This document shows positions 23,571 through 31,595 of a DNA stretch of 32,000 nucleotides, one piece after another. Numbering within the stretch: the first letter of the stretch is position 1; each line of letters begins with the position of its first letter. Source of the stretch: Xanthomonas campestris pv. campestris str. ATCC 33913 (GTDB lineage Bacteria; Pseudomonadota; Gammaproteobacteria; Xanthomonadales; Xanthomonadaceae); NCBI RefSeq assembly GCF_000007145.1, contig NC_003902.1:2456497-2488496 (forward strand). Reading direction: 5' to 3'. The position numbers and the translations under genes were made by a program. A model generated the notes under the pieces. It saw only the letters and a program-made list of their open reading frames with translations, had not been told where the DNA came from and made no database searches.

Positions 23571-24641
23571 ATGCCGAACAAAATCTCCGGCTCAATTGCA
23601 CCATCGGCCAGCAGCGACGCGATGAAGAGTGCCGACTGCGCTGAGAATATTAAAGAGGAAGTTGTATCAAAACACGTTCATCAAGCGGTTCCCGCAGAAC
23701 TCGCCGATCTACCAAGCCGGCAACCACCTCGGTCAAAAACAGCACTTTATCAGGTAATCCAGAAATTCAGAGACCCTTTGCCTCTCCCGCCACCACCCAC
23801 GTCACATCCTGTTCTAGCTTACGACAGGGATCTAGGATCATCCGATAATTTTCGCTCTTCGGATGAATTTGACCTCCCCGAAAGTCTCAATCCGACTGGT
23901 TGGAAAAACCTGCACGTTTCAGGTAGCGGCAGTATAGCGTCCATTGGACAGATTACTAGGTTGAGGCCGTCCAAGGAGCGCCCAGTGGTCGTTCTGGATG
24001 CTCGCGAAGAGTCGCATGCCATTGTCGGCGGTTATCCGGGTACTTGGCGTACACCAAACAACTGGGGCAATGCTGGCAAATCACGTGACGAAGCCTTGGC
24101 AGACGAGCAACAGAGGATTCAAGCGCTTAAATCGCAAGAGACGGTACATATCTTCCATCGCAAAGATGTCAAGAGCGAAGCCCGCAACCCACGCGGAGCG
24201 ACGTTAAGTAAGCCACTGATTTTTAGCGAAGAAGAGCTTGTGAGAGCTGCGGGCGCCAAATATGTACGTTTAACAGTGACAGATCATCTTTCACCACGGG
24301 CGGACGATATTGATGCGTTTATTGCAATGGAGCGGGAGATGGCCCATGATGAGAGACTGCATGTACATTGTGGTATGGGCCTAGGCCGTACGACAATATT
24401 TATTGTCATGCATGACATACTAAGAAATGCTGCAATGTTATCGTTTGATGATATCATCGAACGGCAACGTAAATTTAATCCAGGGCGAAGCTTGGATAAT
24501 AATAAAGACGTTTCTGACAAGGGGCGCTCAGAATTTCGTAATGAACGGTCAGAGTTCCTTCCTCTATTCTACGAGTACGCCAAGCAAAATCCAAAGGGCC
24601 AGCCATTGTTATGGTCCGAATGGCTCGACCACAATGCATAA
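23571..24641 (+). CDS. xopH: Type III effector XopH (AvrBs1.1), HopAO1-like dual-specificity phosphatase/phytase fold
   Basis: Cys-phosphatase P-loop HVHCGMGLGRTT (about nt 24365-24391). Low-GC gene immediately upstream of avrBs1, as in the known avrBs1 locus. Confidence 0.8.
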   Translation: MPNKISGSIAPSASSDAMKSADCAENIKEEVVSKHVHQAVPAELADLPSRQPPRSKTALYQVIQKFRDPLPLPPPPTSHPVLAYDRDLGSSDNFRSSDEFDLPESLNPTGWKNLHVSGSGSIASIGQITRLRPSKERPVVVLDAREESHAIVGGYPGTWRTPNNWGNAGKSRDEALADEQQRIQALKSQETVHIFHRKDVKSEARNPRGATLSKPLIFSEEELVRAAGAKYVRLTVTDHLSPRADDIDAFIAMEREMAHDERLHVHCGMGLGRTTIFIVMHDILRNAAMLSFDDIIERQRKFNPGRSLDNNKDVSDKGRSEFRNERSEFLPLFYEYAKQNPKGQPLLWSEWLDHNA

Positions 24642-24731
24642 ATCGCAAGTACATTTTCGGCTATGACGGACTTGTGCTCGATGCGCTGGCGGCTTTCTCG
24701 ATAAATATCAATTAATATAAATATCGAACTA

Positions 24732-26069
24732 ATGTCCGACATGAAAGTTAATTTCTCTTCAAAAATAATAGATTCAACACCCAGTGAAGAGGAGGTCGCC
24801 ACTCAGCAAGATAGTTATACGAAATCTGGACTGGTGGCGCCATCGCTCGATTCACAAGCCTTGAAAAAAGCACCTAGAAAAAGAGTAATAAAAGAAAATA
24901 TAGCTGCTTTGCACACCTCATCGTTAGAGCGAGTTCATCAAAAGAAGGTATTAGTTCAGAATTTAGCGCAGTTGCAGAGAGGGTTGGCTAAGATAAATGG
25001 TAGAGTCGAACTCGAAGAGCTAATTGATGGATTTTCAGTCAAGGAATTGCTAATAAAAAGAAATCCAAAGATTGCTGAAGAGTATGGAGAAGGAAATCCT
25101 TTAATGATTCGATCTCTAAGATTTTCAAACCCCCAAGAGGTGACTAGTAAGCTTGGGGCGGAAGGAAAAACGCCAGCCAAAAGAGAGGTTGATACGATTT
25201 GCAATAAATCCACGCTGCATGACATTGTCATGACGCCCGCCTCCCTTGTAAAAAAGGAAGTGCGGATGAACCTGATATCTGAAGTCCCAAGGGCGAAGGA
25301 TAAACAAAAATACAGAGGTCTTCCTTCAGTCGTATATGGCCAAAGCAGCCGCCGTAGTGAATCAGACTATCTAACGTCTCGAAATGGTTTCGGCGACGTG
25401 CACTCTTTCAAATCCAATAACGCATTTAATTCCGACTACGAAAAAATATGTGGGTCGCTTAGCCATGCCGAAAAGTTGGGGTTAATTGAAAGGAATCTTA
25501 CTCCCTTTATAAGGCATGATCCAGATAGAATCTCCACCGACTTTGTTCACTCTATTGAAGAATTGGCTGAACACCAGATGCTATTGCAATCAAGAAAACC
25601 TGCCAGTGCTTTGCGGCATAATGAATATTGCACCAAGCTTGAACTGTGGGATGCTAAAGCTATAGCAGTTGGTGAATCTCGTGCCTTGGCGGTCGCTACC
25701 CTGATTGAATTTAATTTGGAGATGTTGTCGATAGCACAAGAGATAGATGATGATGGGCACAAGAGTAAAATGGTCGCCGATTTTATCGAGCGCCAACTAT
25801 CATGGCTTGGCCCACAAACCGCACTTGACAGCAAGTCAACGCTTGAAAGGGTTTCAGCGGTGACCATACAAGAAAGGGAATTTATTGCTAATGAGATTAG
25901 CCGATCGTTGCGTCAAGGTGTTTCACTTTGCACTTACGATAAAGATGAAGCAGGAAGTCATATCCGTGAAATGAGTTTGTTGGATTTTAGGGTTGAAGAA
26001 ATCATAGAGGGGATAAGTATTTTTATTTCCTCCAAGCTTTTACATGTTACAAATGCAGGAGAAGCGTAA
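24732..26069 (+). CDS. avrBs1: Type III effector / avirulence protein AvrBs1 (445 aa)
   Basis: The length (445 aa), the N-terminus MSDMKVNFSSKIIDSTPSEEE and the position after the phosphatase gene match my recollection of AvrBs1 (AvrA family). Strongly AT-rich relative to the host genome. Confidence 0.8.
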   Translation: MSDMKVNFSSKIIDSTPSEEEVATQQDSYTKSGLVAPSLDSQALKKAPRKRVIKENIAALHTSSLERVHQKKVLVQNLAQLQRGLAKINGRVELEELIDGFSVKELLIKRNPKIAEEYGEGNPLMIRSLRFSNPQEVTSKLGAEGKTPAKREVDTICNKSTLHDIVMTPASLVKKEVRMNLISEVPRAKDKQKYRGLPSVVYGQSSRRSESDYLTSRNGFGDVHSFKSNNAFNSDYEKICGSLSHAEKLGLIERNLTPFIRHDPDRISTDFVHSIEELAEHQMLLQSRKPASALRHNEYCTKLELWDAKAIAVGESRALAVATLIEFNLEMLSIAQEIDDDGHKSKMVADFIERQLSWLGPQTALDSKSTLERVSAVTIQEREFIANEISRSLRQGVSLCTYDKDEAGSHIREMSLLDFRVEEIIEGISIFISSKLLHVTNAGEA

Positions 26070-26125
26070 GAGAAGAAGTATCCGCCACAATCGAAGCGGC
26101 GGACCGACGTCCTTACGCCCTTCTG

Positions 26126-26216
26126 GAGGGTCGGCAGGGATTCGTGTAAAAGACCTTTGCTGAGAGCCAGTTAGCTCACTTTTGGCTGTTTTTTAAACGA
26201 ATCCCTTCCGACCCTC
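26126..26216. mobile_element. MITE copy 2 (91 bp), inverted relative to copy 1
   Basis: GAGGGTCGGCAGGGATTCGT...ACGAATCCCTTCCGACCCTC, with 19/20 complementary termini. The interior GTTAGCTCACTTTTGGCTGTTTTTT is the reverse complement of the copy-1 interior. Confidence 0.8.
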
Positions 26217-26307
26217 AACATGGCGCCAGTTTCGCACCAGCCCACTCCGGCGGCCATGGGAAATCGGTACTGGCCCATCGCCCCCCGTTGTGTCTGAGGT
26301 ATTCGCC

Positions 26308-27231
26308 TCAACGGAAATACGGATAGTCCCTGCGCACCCGCTCCTCCACCGTCACGGCGAGCGGATGCGACGCACACTCGGTCAGGTTGCGCAGGATAGC
26401 CCAGGGCGTGTCAATCAGCAGATGGTCGGTGTCGAAATGCGGCAGGCCGTCGCGCTGGCGCAGTGCCTGCACGGCGAGCAGTTCGGCTGGGTAGACGCGA
26501 TCGATGTCCTTCTCAAACTCGTAGGTGTTGCGCTCGGTGCCATCCTTGCTGCGGGCGATGTGCCAGTCGGCCGCGACCTGCATGGCCGCCTGGAAAGCCG
26601 CTGCGTCGGTGCTGCGCCAGTGTTCGAGCACGGCCTGGTATTCGGGGATCAGCGGGTGCACAGGCTGGTAATGGGTCGAAATGCCGAAAGCCTGTGCGAA
26701 CAGGAAAATCAGGAAGGCGTCGTTAGTGCCTTTACCCCACCCCTCGCGACGCCACTCATCGGGCTTCAGGGCCTGGTCCTTTTGCGCGACCTGGACCAGG
26801 AAGCGGGCACCAGCCTCGGTGGCCTCCCACTGCGAGAGCATTGCGGTGGCAGCCACCTTCATGCTGGTCCAGAACGGTAGCAGCGGCTGCCTCTCAGTGG
26901 TCCAGGCCAGGGTCACGGCGGCCTCGAAACGAAATGCGATTGAGCGCATCGCCACCGCCCAGCACAGCGGCTGGGCGAGTTCGTCCAAGCGGCCCTGGCC
27001 GCTGAGGGCGCAGGCTTGGACCGCATACACATGGCCAGCCCAAGTTAGTTCCATCCAAAGTTTGCCCGACACGGGGCCGGATGCCGCAAGATAGTTCTCT
27101 ATGTTGTCGAAATATCGCTGTGGTTCATTGTCCCGGCTGGCGTGCTCGATCCAGCGATCACACCGCTTGAAGGTCTTCTTCAACGAAGGATGCCACGTGG
27201 GCAGGTGTTGGTCGCTCTTGTCTTTTGCCAT
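26308..27231 (-). CDS. Hypothetical Trp-rich (helical by composition) protein (307 aa), last gene of the helicase operon
   Basis: ATG at 27231 (MAKDKSDQ...) has GGATGAG 4 nt upstream; an alternative start is at 27273. Trp/Ala/Leu-rich, with no catalytic motif recognised. Same strand as the upstream GIY-YIG gene, 128 nt downstream of it. Confidence 0.7.
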   Translation of the reverse strand: MAKDKSDQHLPTWHPSLKKTFKRCDRWIEHASRDNEPQRYFDNIENYLAASGPVSGKLWMELTWAGHVYAVQACALSGQGRLDELAQPLCWAVAMRSIAFRFEAAVTLAWTTERQPLLPFWTSMKVAATAMLSQWEATEAGARFLVQVAQKDQALKPDEWRREGWGKGTNDAFLIFLFAQAFGISTHYQPVHPLIPEYQAVLEHWRSTDAAAFQAAMQVAADWHIARSKDGTERNTYEFEKDIDRVYPAELLAVQALRQRDGLPHFDTDHLLIDTPWAILRNLTECASHPLAVTVEERVRRDYPYFR

Positions 27232-27359
27232 CAACTCATCCTCGGGCCGCGCTGAGCTAGCGTGCCGGATCATCTCCGCGATGGAGTCTTTACTGCTGAT
27301 TGATCTACTTTGAGGCCCAACGAAGCATCAGGTTGCGTACGCGCCCTGTGGAAATACCT

Positions 27360-28541
27360 TTACTGTTTGACCAGCGCAGCCCGGGCCGGATCATAGATGT
27401 AGTCGGTGATGGATCCATCCTGGATGCGCTTTACAGCCTCATCAATGACAGGCAAAGGCACGAGAAACCACTCACGTGGGCGGACATTATCGCCAAAGCG
27501 ATCTTGGAGTTTCAGATCCAAGCGCGCCGATTGGAAAATGCGGTGAAAGAGATTTTCCAAACGGACGTGATTGAGATTGGAAAGCTTATAGGTAGCCACC
27601 ACTTCTACCTTGGCTAGCATATAAGTCGGATCCTTTTGAGCATTGGCGATGCGCGCTTCGACGCTCCCGCCTGTGATGCCGATTTTATGGATCAACTCAC
27701 GATGTGCGACCACGAATGGATTGTTAGACAGGCTACGCACCACATAGATGGTGCCGTTAACGATATCTTTCAGCTCCAACGTATCGCCAAAGAGAGGACC
27801 AGCGTCGTCATCTGTGATGCGTCGACCCGTGTCGTCCTTGTAGAGGGCTCGTTGCAATGAGCGTTGCAGCAGATTGCTCTCAGTGCCGTTTGAGTAGATG
27901 ACGCGCAGCCTAGCATCGGCTTCGCCATTGGGGGCGCGGATAGTTTCCCCTACTTCGACGACATAGGCCATCTGGCCGCCCAGGATGAAGAAGTTTCCTT
28001 CGGCCACGCTCGCATCCCGGCCAAACCGCAGCGTCTTGCGAAGGCCTGTCTTAATATCCCTTTCCACTCGCTCAAATAGAGGCTGGAACCGATCGAAATC
28101 GACACATGCGGTCCGGTTTGCCACATCCTCAGCAGCTTTACGCTCTTCGAAAGATCGGACATGACGCAGATTGGTGATGTCGTCCTCACCGGATCCAAGG
28201 CCAAGTTCAGCCAGCAGCGCCGCATCATCTAAGTCATCGGCAGCATCAGGCGCGGCGCGGCTGGGTGGCGCCGATAGCAGGCCTTGGGAATCTAGTGGCA
28301 TAAGCAACGCGTGGGCGCTGGTCAGAGCCCTCAATCGATCCAGCCGAACGGCGTAAAGGCGCTCGAAAATGTCGCGGTCTTCGCCGTGTTGGGGAGCTCG
28401 CCCATGCTCTTGGACGAACCGGAGAATGTCTTCAAACCCTGCCAGGAGGCGTTCCTCCTGTGGGGTGTGGCTACTGGCCTTGATCGGTGTCGCTTCAAGG
28501 CCCAGTTCTTCCAGCAGGTCCTCGCCTTCCCGATCAGCCAT
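27360..28541 (-). CDS. T5orf172/GIY-YIG-superfamily domain protein (393 aa)
   Basis: Start re-assigned to the ATG at 28541 (MADREGEDLLEELGL...), which overlaps the helicase stop by 8 nt. C-terminal domain GTIYVVRSL...LIHKIGITGGSVEARI...LENLFHRIF...PREWFLVPL fits the T5orf172 (GIY-YIG-like) pattern. The N-terminal half is acidic with a repeated LL(E/A)ELGL motif. Confidence 0.8.
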   Translation of the reverse strand: MADREGEDLLEELGLEATPIKASSHTPQEERLLAGFEDILRFVQEHGRAPQHGEDRDIFERLYAVRLDRLRALTSAHALLMPLDSQGLLSAPPSRAAPDAADDLDDAALLAELGLGSGEDDITNLRHVRSFEERKAAEDVANRTACVDFDRFQPLFERVERDIKTGLRKTLRFGRDASVAEGNFFILGGQMAYVVEVGETIRAPNGEADARLRVIYSNGTESNLLQRSLQRALYKDDTGRRITDDDAGPLFGDTLELKDIVNGTIYVVRSLSNNPFVVAHRELIHKIGITGGSVEARIANAQKDPTYMLAKVEVVATYKLSNLNHVRLENLFHRIFQSARLDLKLQDRFGDNVRPREWFLVPLPVIDEAVKRIQDGSITDYIYDPARAALVKQ

Positions 28542-30639
28542 TGCCGCCTCCCTGGGCTGCTGCTGCCTTTTGCTGAGCGATGTGGCGTTGCAACGAGGCC
28601 ACGCCTTCGGCCATGCGACGCTCCCAAGGATCTGCCGAGCCGATTTCAGGCAAGCGCCCCCGCTCGTTCTTGAAGGCAACGGCGCGCTTGGCCAAGTCCT
28701 TAGCTTCCTCGTAGGAGATAGCCAGGCGCTTTGCTGCAATAGCGGATTGAACTTGACGAAGCACACGTTCGTCCATGGCCTTGGCCAGGACGGCGTAGGC
28801 GGCGTCGAACGGATTGATCCGATCAATCAGGTCGATATCAAGGTCTTTAACATTGACAAATTTCCGGACACCCTCGATCAAGGACATGTTTGGCGACTCT
28901 CCCTTCGCATCAACTTGGGCTATCACCTGCTTGGCTTGCTGGGTAATGTTCAGAACCGCAATAGCGTGCTGGCGCACAGCCTCGTGATCTTCCTCACTCA
29001 GGTCCGGGTAGCGATCTCGAACGATCTTCGCCATCTGGACTTGGGTGATTTCCTCAGGCAGCGTATTTTCCTTGTCGAACAACCCTCGTTCCAAGGTCGG
29101 CTTGTCCTGAATGAAACCAGTAATGACCTCATTGATATCCTCTTTGCAGATACGCGCTGCCTCAGGAGACTTGGGTTGCGCGAGGCCGTTGATTTCAACG
29201 TGGACTTCTCCGGTCGCGGCGTTTACGCCTACATTGGCGTTGCCTTCCTGGTAGCCCTCATCACCGTAGTCAAACCCCTCTTTCTCGCCTGCATTCTTGG
29301 GCGTGAACTCAAACCGCGGCGCCAGCACTTGCTCCATCAGCAGGCTTGCAGCGATGGCTTTAAGCGTGTCATTCACGGCATCGACCACTATCTCCGAGTC
29401 TGCGGCCGGCTCAGCAATGAGGTTAGTGAAGCGGGAGCGCCCCTTACCTGGTGCATCGCGAGTGGCTCGACCAATGATCTGGACGATCTCAGTCAGGCTA
29501 CTGCGGTAGCCAATGGTCAGAGCGTGCTCACACCAAATCCAGTCGAACCCTTCCTTGGCCATCCCAAGGGCAATGATGATGTCGACGTTGTCGCGGTTGT
29601 CCTTCTGAGCCGGATCCTTCAAGGCCGTAAGGATCTTGGAGCGACGGGCCGCGTCGCTGTCGTCCACCAAGTCAGCCACCCTGATGATCCGCCCACCCTC
29701 GATTTCAATCAGGTGAAAGCCCGTTGCTTCATCGCGTCCCTTCCAATCGCCCAGCGAGGCGAGGATTTCGTCAACCTCTTTGTGCTTGTCCTTCAAAGAT
29801 TCGCGGGCATTGACATTGGGGATATGGATGATCGTCTTCAAAGACGGATCCAGAACCTTCATGATCGCGTCTAGGTAGCGACCGGTATAGAAGAAATACC
29901 CGATGTCCAGGCTTTTGAGGTAGGTATAGCCGTTTAGCTGCTCGTAGTAGGTATAGGAGACCGACTCGAACTTGCCCTCATCTTCCGGCGAAAGAACCGC
30001 GACCGCATCCCCACGGAAATACGAACCCGTCATCGCAACCACATGGACCTGTCCACGGCCAATGAGTTGTCCGAGCTGCGTGCCTAGCTTGTTGTCCGGG
30101 TTGCTACTGACATGGTGGAATTCATCAATGGCGATAAGGCGTCCGTCAAAGGCTTCGATACCGAATTCATCCACGGCGAAACGAAAGGTGGCATGAGTGC
30201 ACACCAGAACCGGATCTTCGCTGGCCAGGAAAGCACCTACTGCCTTCACTTTGGACGGGGCTACCTTTCCGTTGTCCTCACCTGGCGCATTGCAAAGGTT
30301 CCACTGAGGCCTAACCATCCAGTCCGCCCAAAAGCCCTGCTCAGACAATTTCTCGTCGGCAAAGCTGCCACCGATGGAACGTTCGGGCACTACGATGATG
30401 GCCTGCTTTAAGCCCTGGTTCTTGATCTTGTCCAAGGCAATGAACATTAAGGCTCGGGACTTACCGGAGGCCGGGGGCGACTTGATCAGCAGGTGTTGCT
30501 CGCCTCGCTTGGCATAGGCCTTCTCCTGCATCGGACGCATGCCCAGAGCATTGATCTTGCTGGAAGCACCCGTCTGTGCCGTCGCGATGGACACTGACGG
30601 GACGGTGTATTTGTTGGTCGGATTGCCTTCCATGCTCAT
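28534..30639 (-). CDS. SF2 DEAD/DEAH-type helicase (ResIII-like N-lobe plus helicase C-lobe), 701 aa
   Basis: Motif I KSPPASGKSRA, motif II IAIDEFHH (30112-30135), motif III MTGSYFRGD, motif VI QIIGRATRD. The start ATG overlaps the upstream gene's stop (ATGA at 30636-30639). Confidence 0.85.
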   Translation of the reverse strand: MSMEGNPTNKYTVPSVSIATAQTGASSKINALGMRPMQEKAYAKRGEQHLLIKSPPASGKSRALMFIALDKIKNQGLKQAIIVVPERSIGGSFADEKLSEQGFWADWMVRPQWNLCNAPGEDNGKVAPSKVKAVGAFLASEDPVLVCTHATFRFAVDEFGIEAFDGRLIAIDEFHHVSSNPDNKLGTQLGQLIGRGQVHVVAMTGSYFRGDAVAVLSPEDEGKFESVSYTYYEQLNGYTYLKSLDIGYFFYTGRYLDAIMKVLDPSLKTIIHIPNVNARESLKDKHKEVDEILASLGDWKGRDEATGFHLIEIEGGRIIRVADLVDDSDAARRSKILTALKDPAQKDNRDNVDIIIALGMAKEGFDWIWCEHALTIGYRSSLTEIVQIIGRATRDAPGKGRSRFTNLIAEPAADSEIVVDAVNDTLKAIAASLLMEQVLAPRFEFTPKNAGEKEGFDYGDEGYQEGNANVGVNAATGEVHVEINGLAQPKSPEAARICKEDINEVITGFIQDKPTLERGLFDKENTLPEEITQVQMAKIVRDRYPDLSEEDHEAVRQHAIAVLNITQQAKQVIAQVDAKGESPNMSLIEGVRKFVNVKDLDIDLIDRINPFDAAYAVLAKAMDERVLRQVQSAIAAKRLAISYEEAKDLAKRAVAFKNERGRLPEIGSADPWERRMAEGVASLQRHIAQQKAAAAQGGGNG

Positions 30640-31595
30640 TTCTTAGCCTTCTTCTTTGGCTTGCCTTGGCCCGCCGTCATCTTAGTGTAGAGGTCGAACA
30701 GCTTTTCCAAGCGTTCGGTGTCATTGCGGAAGCGCCGACCGATGTAGATCCGCTCCAGGACTTCGTCATTGCGCTCGTGGGCACGGAGAAGGTCATCCGG
30801 CATATTATCAGGGCCGTAAAGATCGGCAATTGTGGCCGGATAGTGCGACTCTCGTGCAAGCAGAATGTCTTCCGCGCATCGAGTTAGATCCGCTTTGTTT
30901 TGTTCAGTGAGAGTCGGCACCGGAAAGGTGTTCCAACCCAAAGTATTTGAGTAGGAATAACGCATCTCTAAGCGCACACAGACAGCCGCCACCCAGACAA
31001 GATGCATCTTTGACACAATCAGCGCAAAGTTCCAAAGAGGCGCGTCATACAGCGCAAACGCCTTGTTATGGACTATCGCCTCTTTCGACAGCAGAACAAC
31101 TGGCAGATACGGCCTGTTCTCCGAGCTTACAATCGGAACGACCAGCAAACTGCTTTCCGCTTCATATTGATCTCGGAAGCGCCACGGCGTCTCAACTAGC
31201 TTTTTTGCCTGAACATCCTTTGTCTTAGTTTTACGATCCTTGCGGACTTTTTCAACACGAGCCCATACAGCAGGGATTTCTTGCGCTAGCGCAAGGTTTT
31301 CGTCTGTAATCCACAAACACGTGCGGGGCGTGCCACTGATGCTCTCACGTGAGCCATACAAGGGACGTATAAATTCAGCAACCCGCGCATCTTCTCCTAC
31401 CATCCCGGACGCTTCATCCAGCGAAAGCATTAGCTCATTCGCGTAGTAAGGATGATTGCCAAATTGCATAGGTGCGCGCTCGTCTGGAACTTTGGATCGA
31501 GGTGAAACCAGAACATTGTCTCCTGGAACAAGATAAGGGCTTATATTAGAGACAGTGCGAACGGTAACTAGTCGCCCCTGAAAAACCCCCTTCAA
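30636..31595 (-). pseudogene. MmeI/PglX-like N6-adenine DNA methyltransferase, C-terminal TRD portion only (catalytic domain missing)
   Basis: The 319 codons match the C-terminal third of MmeI-family enzymes: ISPYL, RTCLWI, VEKVRKDR, ETPWRFRD, SSENRPYLP, SKMHLVWV, RLEMRYSYSNTLGWNTFPVP, DLYGPDNMPDDLLRAHERNDEVLERIY. No SAM-binding or NPPY/NPPF motif is present. The frame opens with a TTG right at the IS junction. Confidence 0.75.

Noticed and set aside
24701-24725. 9-bp direct repeat ATAAATATC (24701-24709 and 24717-24725) just upstream of the avrBs1 start.
   Set aside because: It lies in very AT-rich DNA where short repeats arise by chance. It may simply be -10-like promoter sequence, and there is no independent support for a regulatory site.
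3935-28826. N-terminal extensions in the ORF track: 3935..4516, 4307..4792, 6041..7453, 27360..28826.
   Set aside because: The upstream parts are Gly/Arg/Pro-rich, overlap neighbouring genes and lack homology-like sequence. Internal ATGs at 4300, 4361, 7333 and 28541 give sensible N-termini (signal peptide, Rossmann fold, or coupling to the upstream stop).
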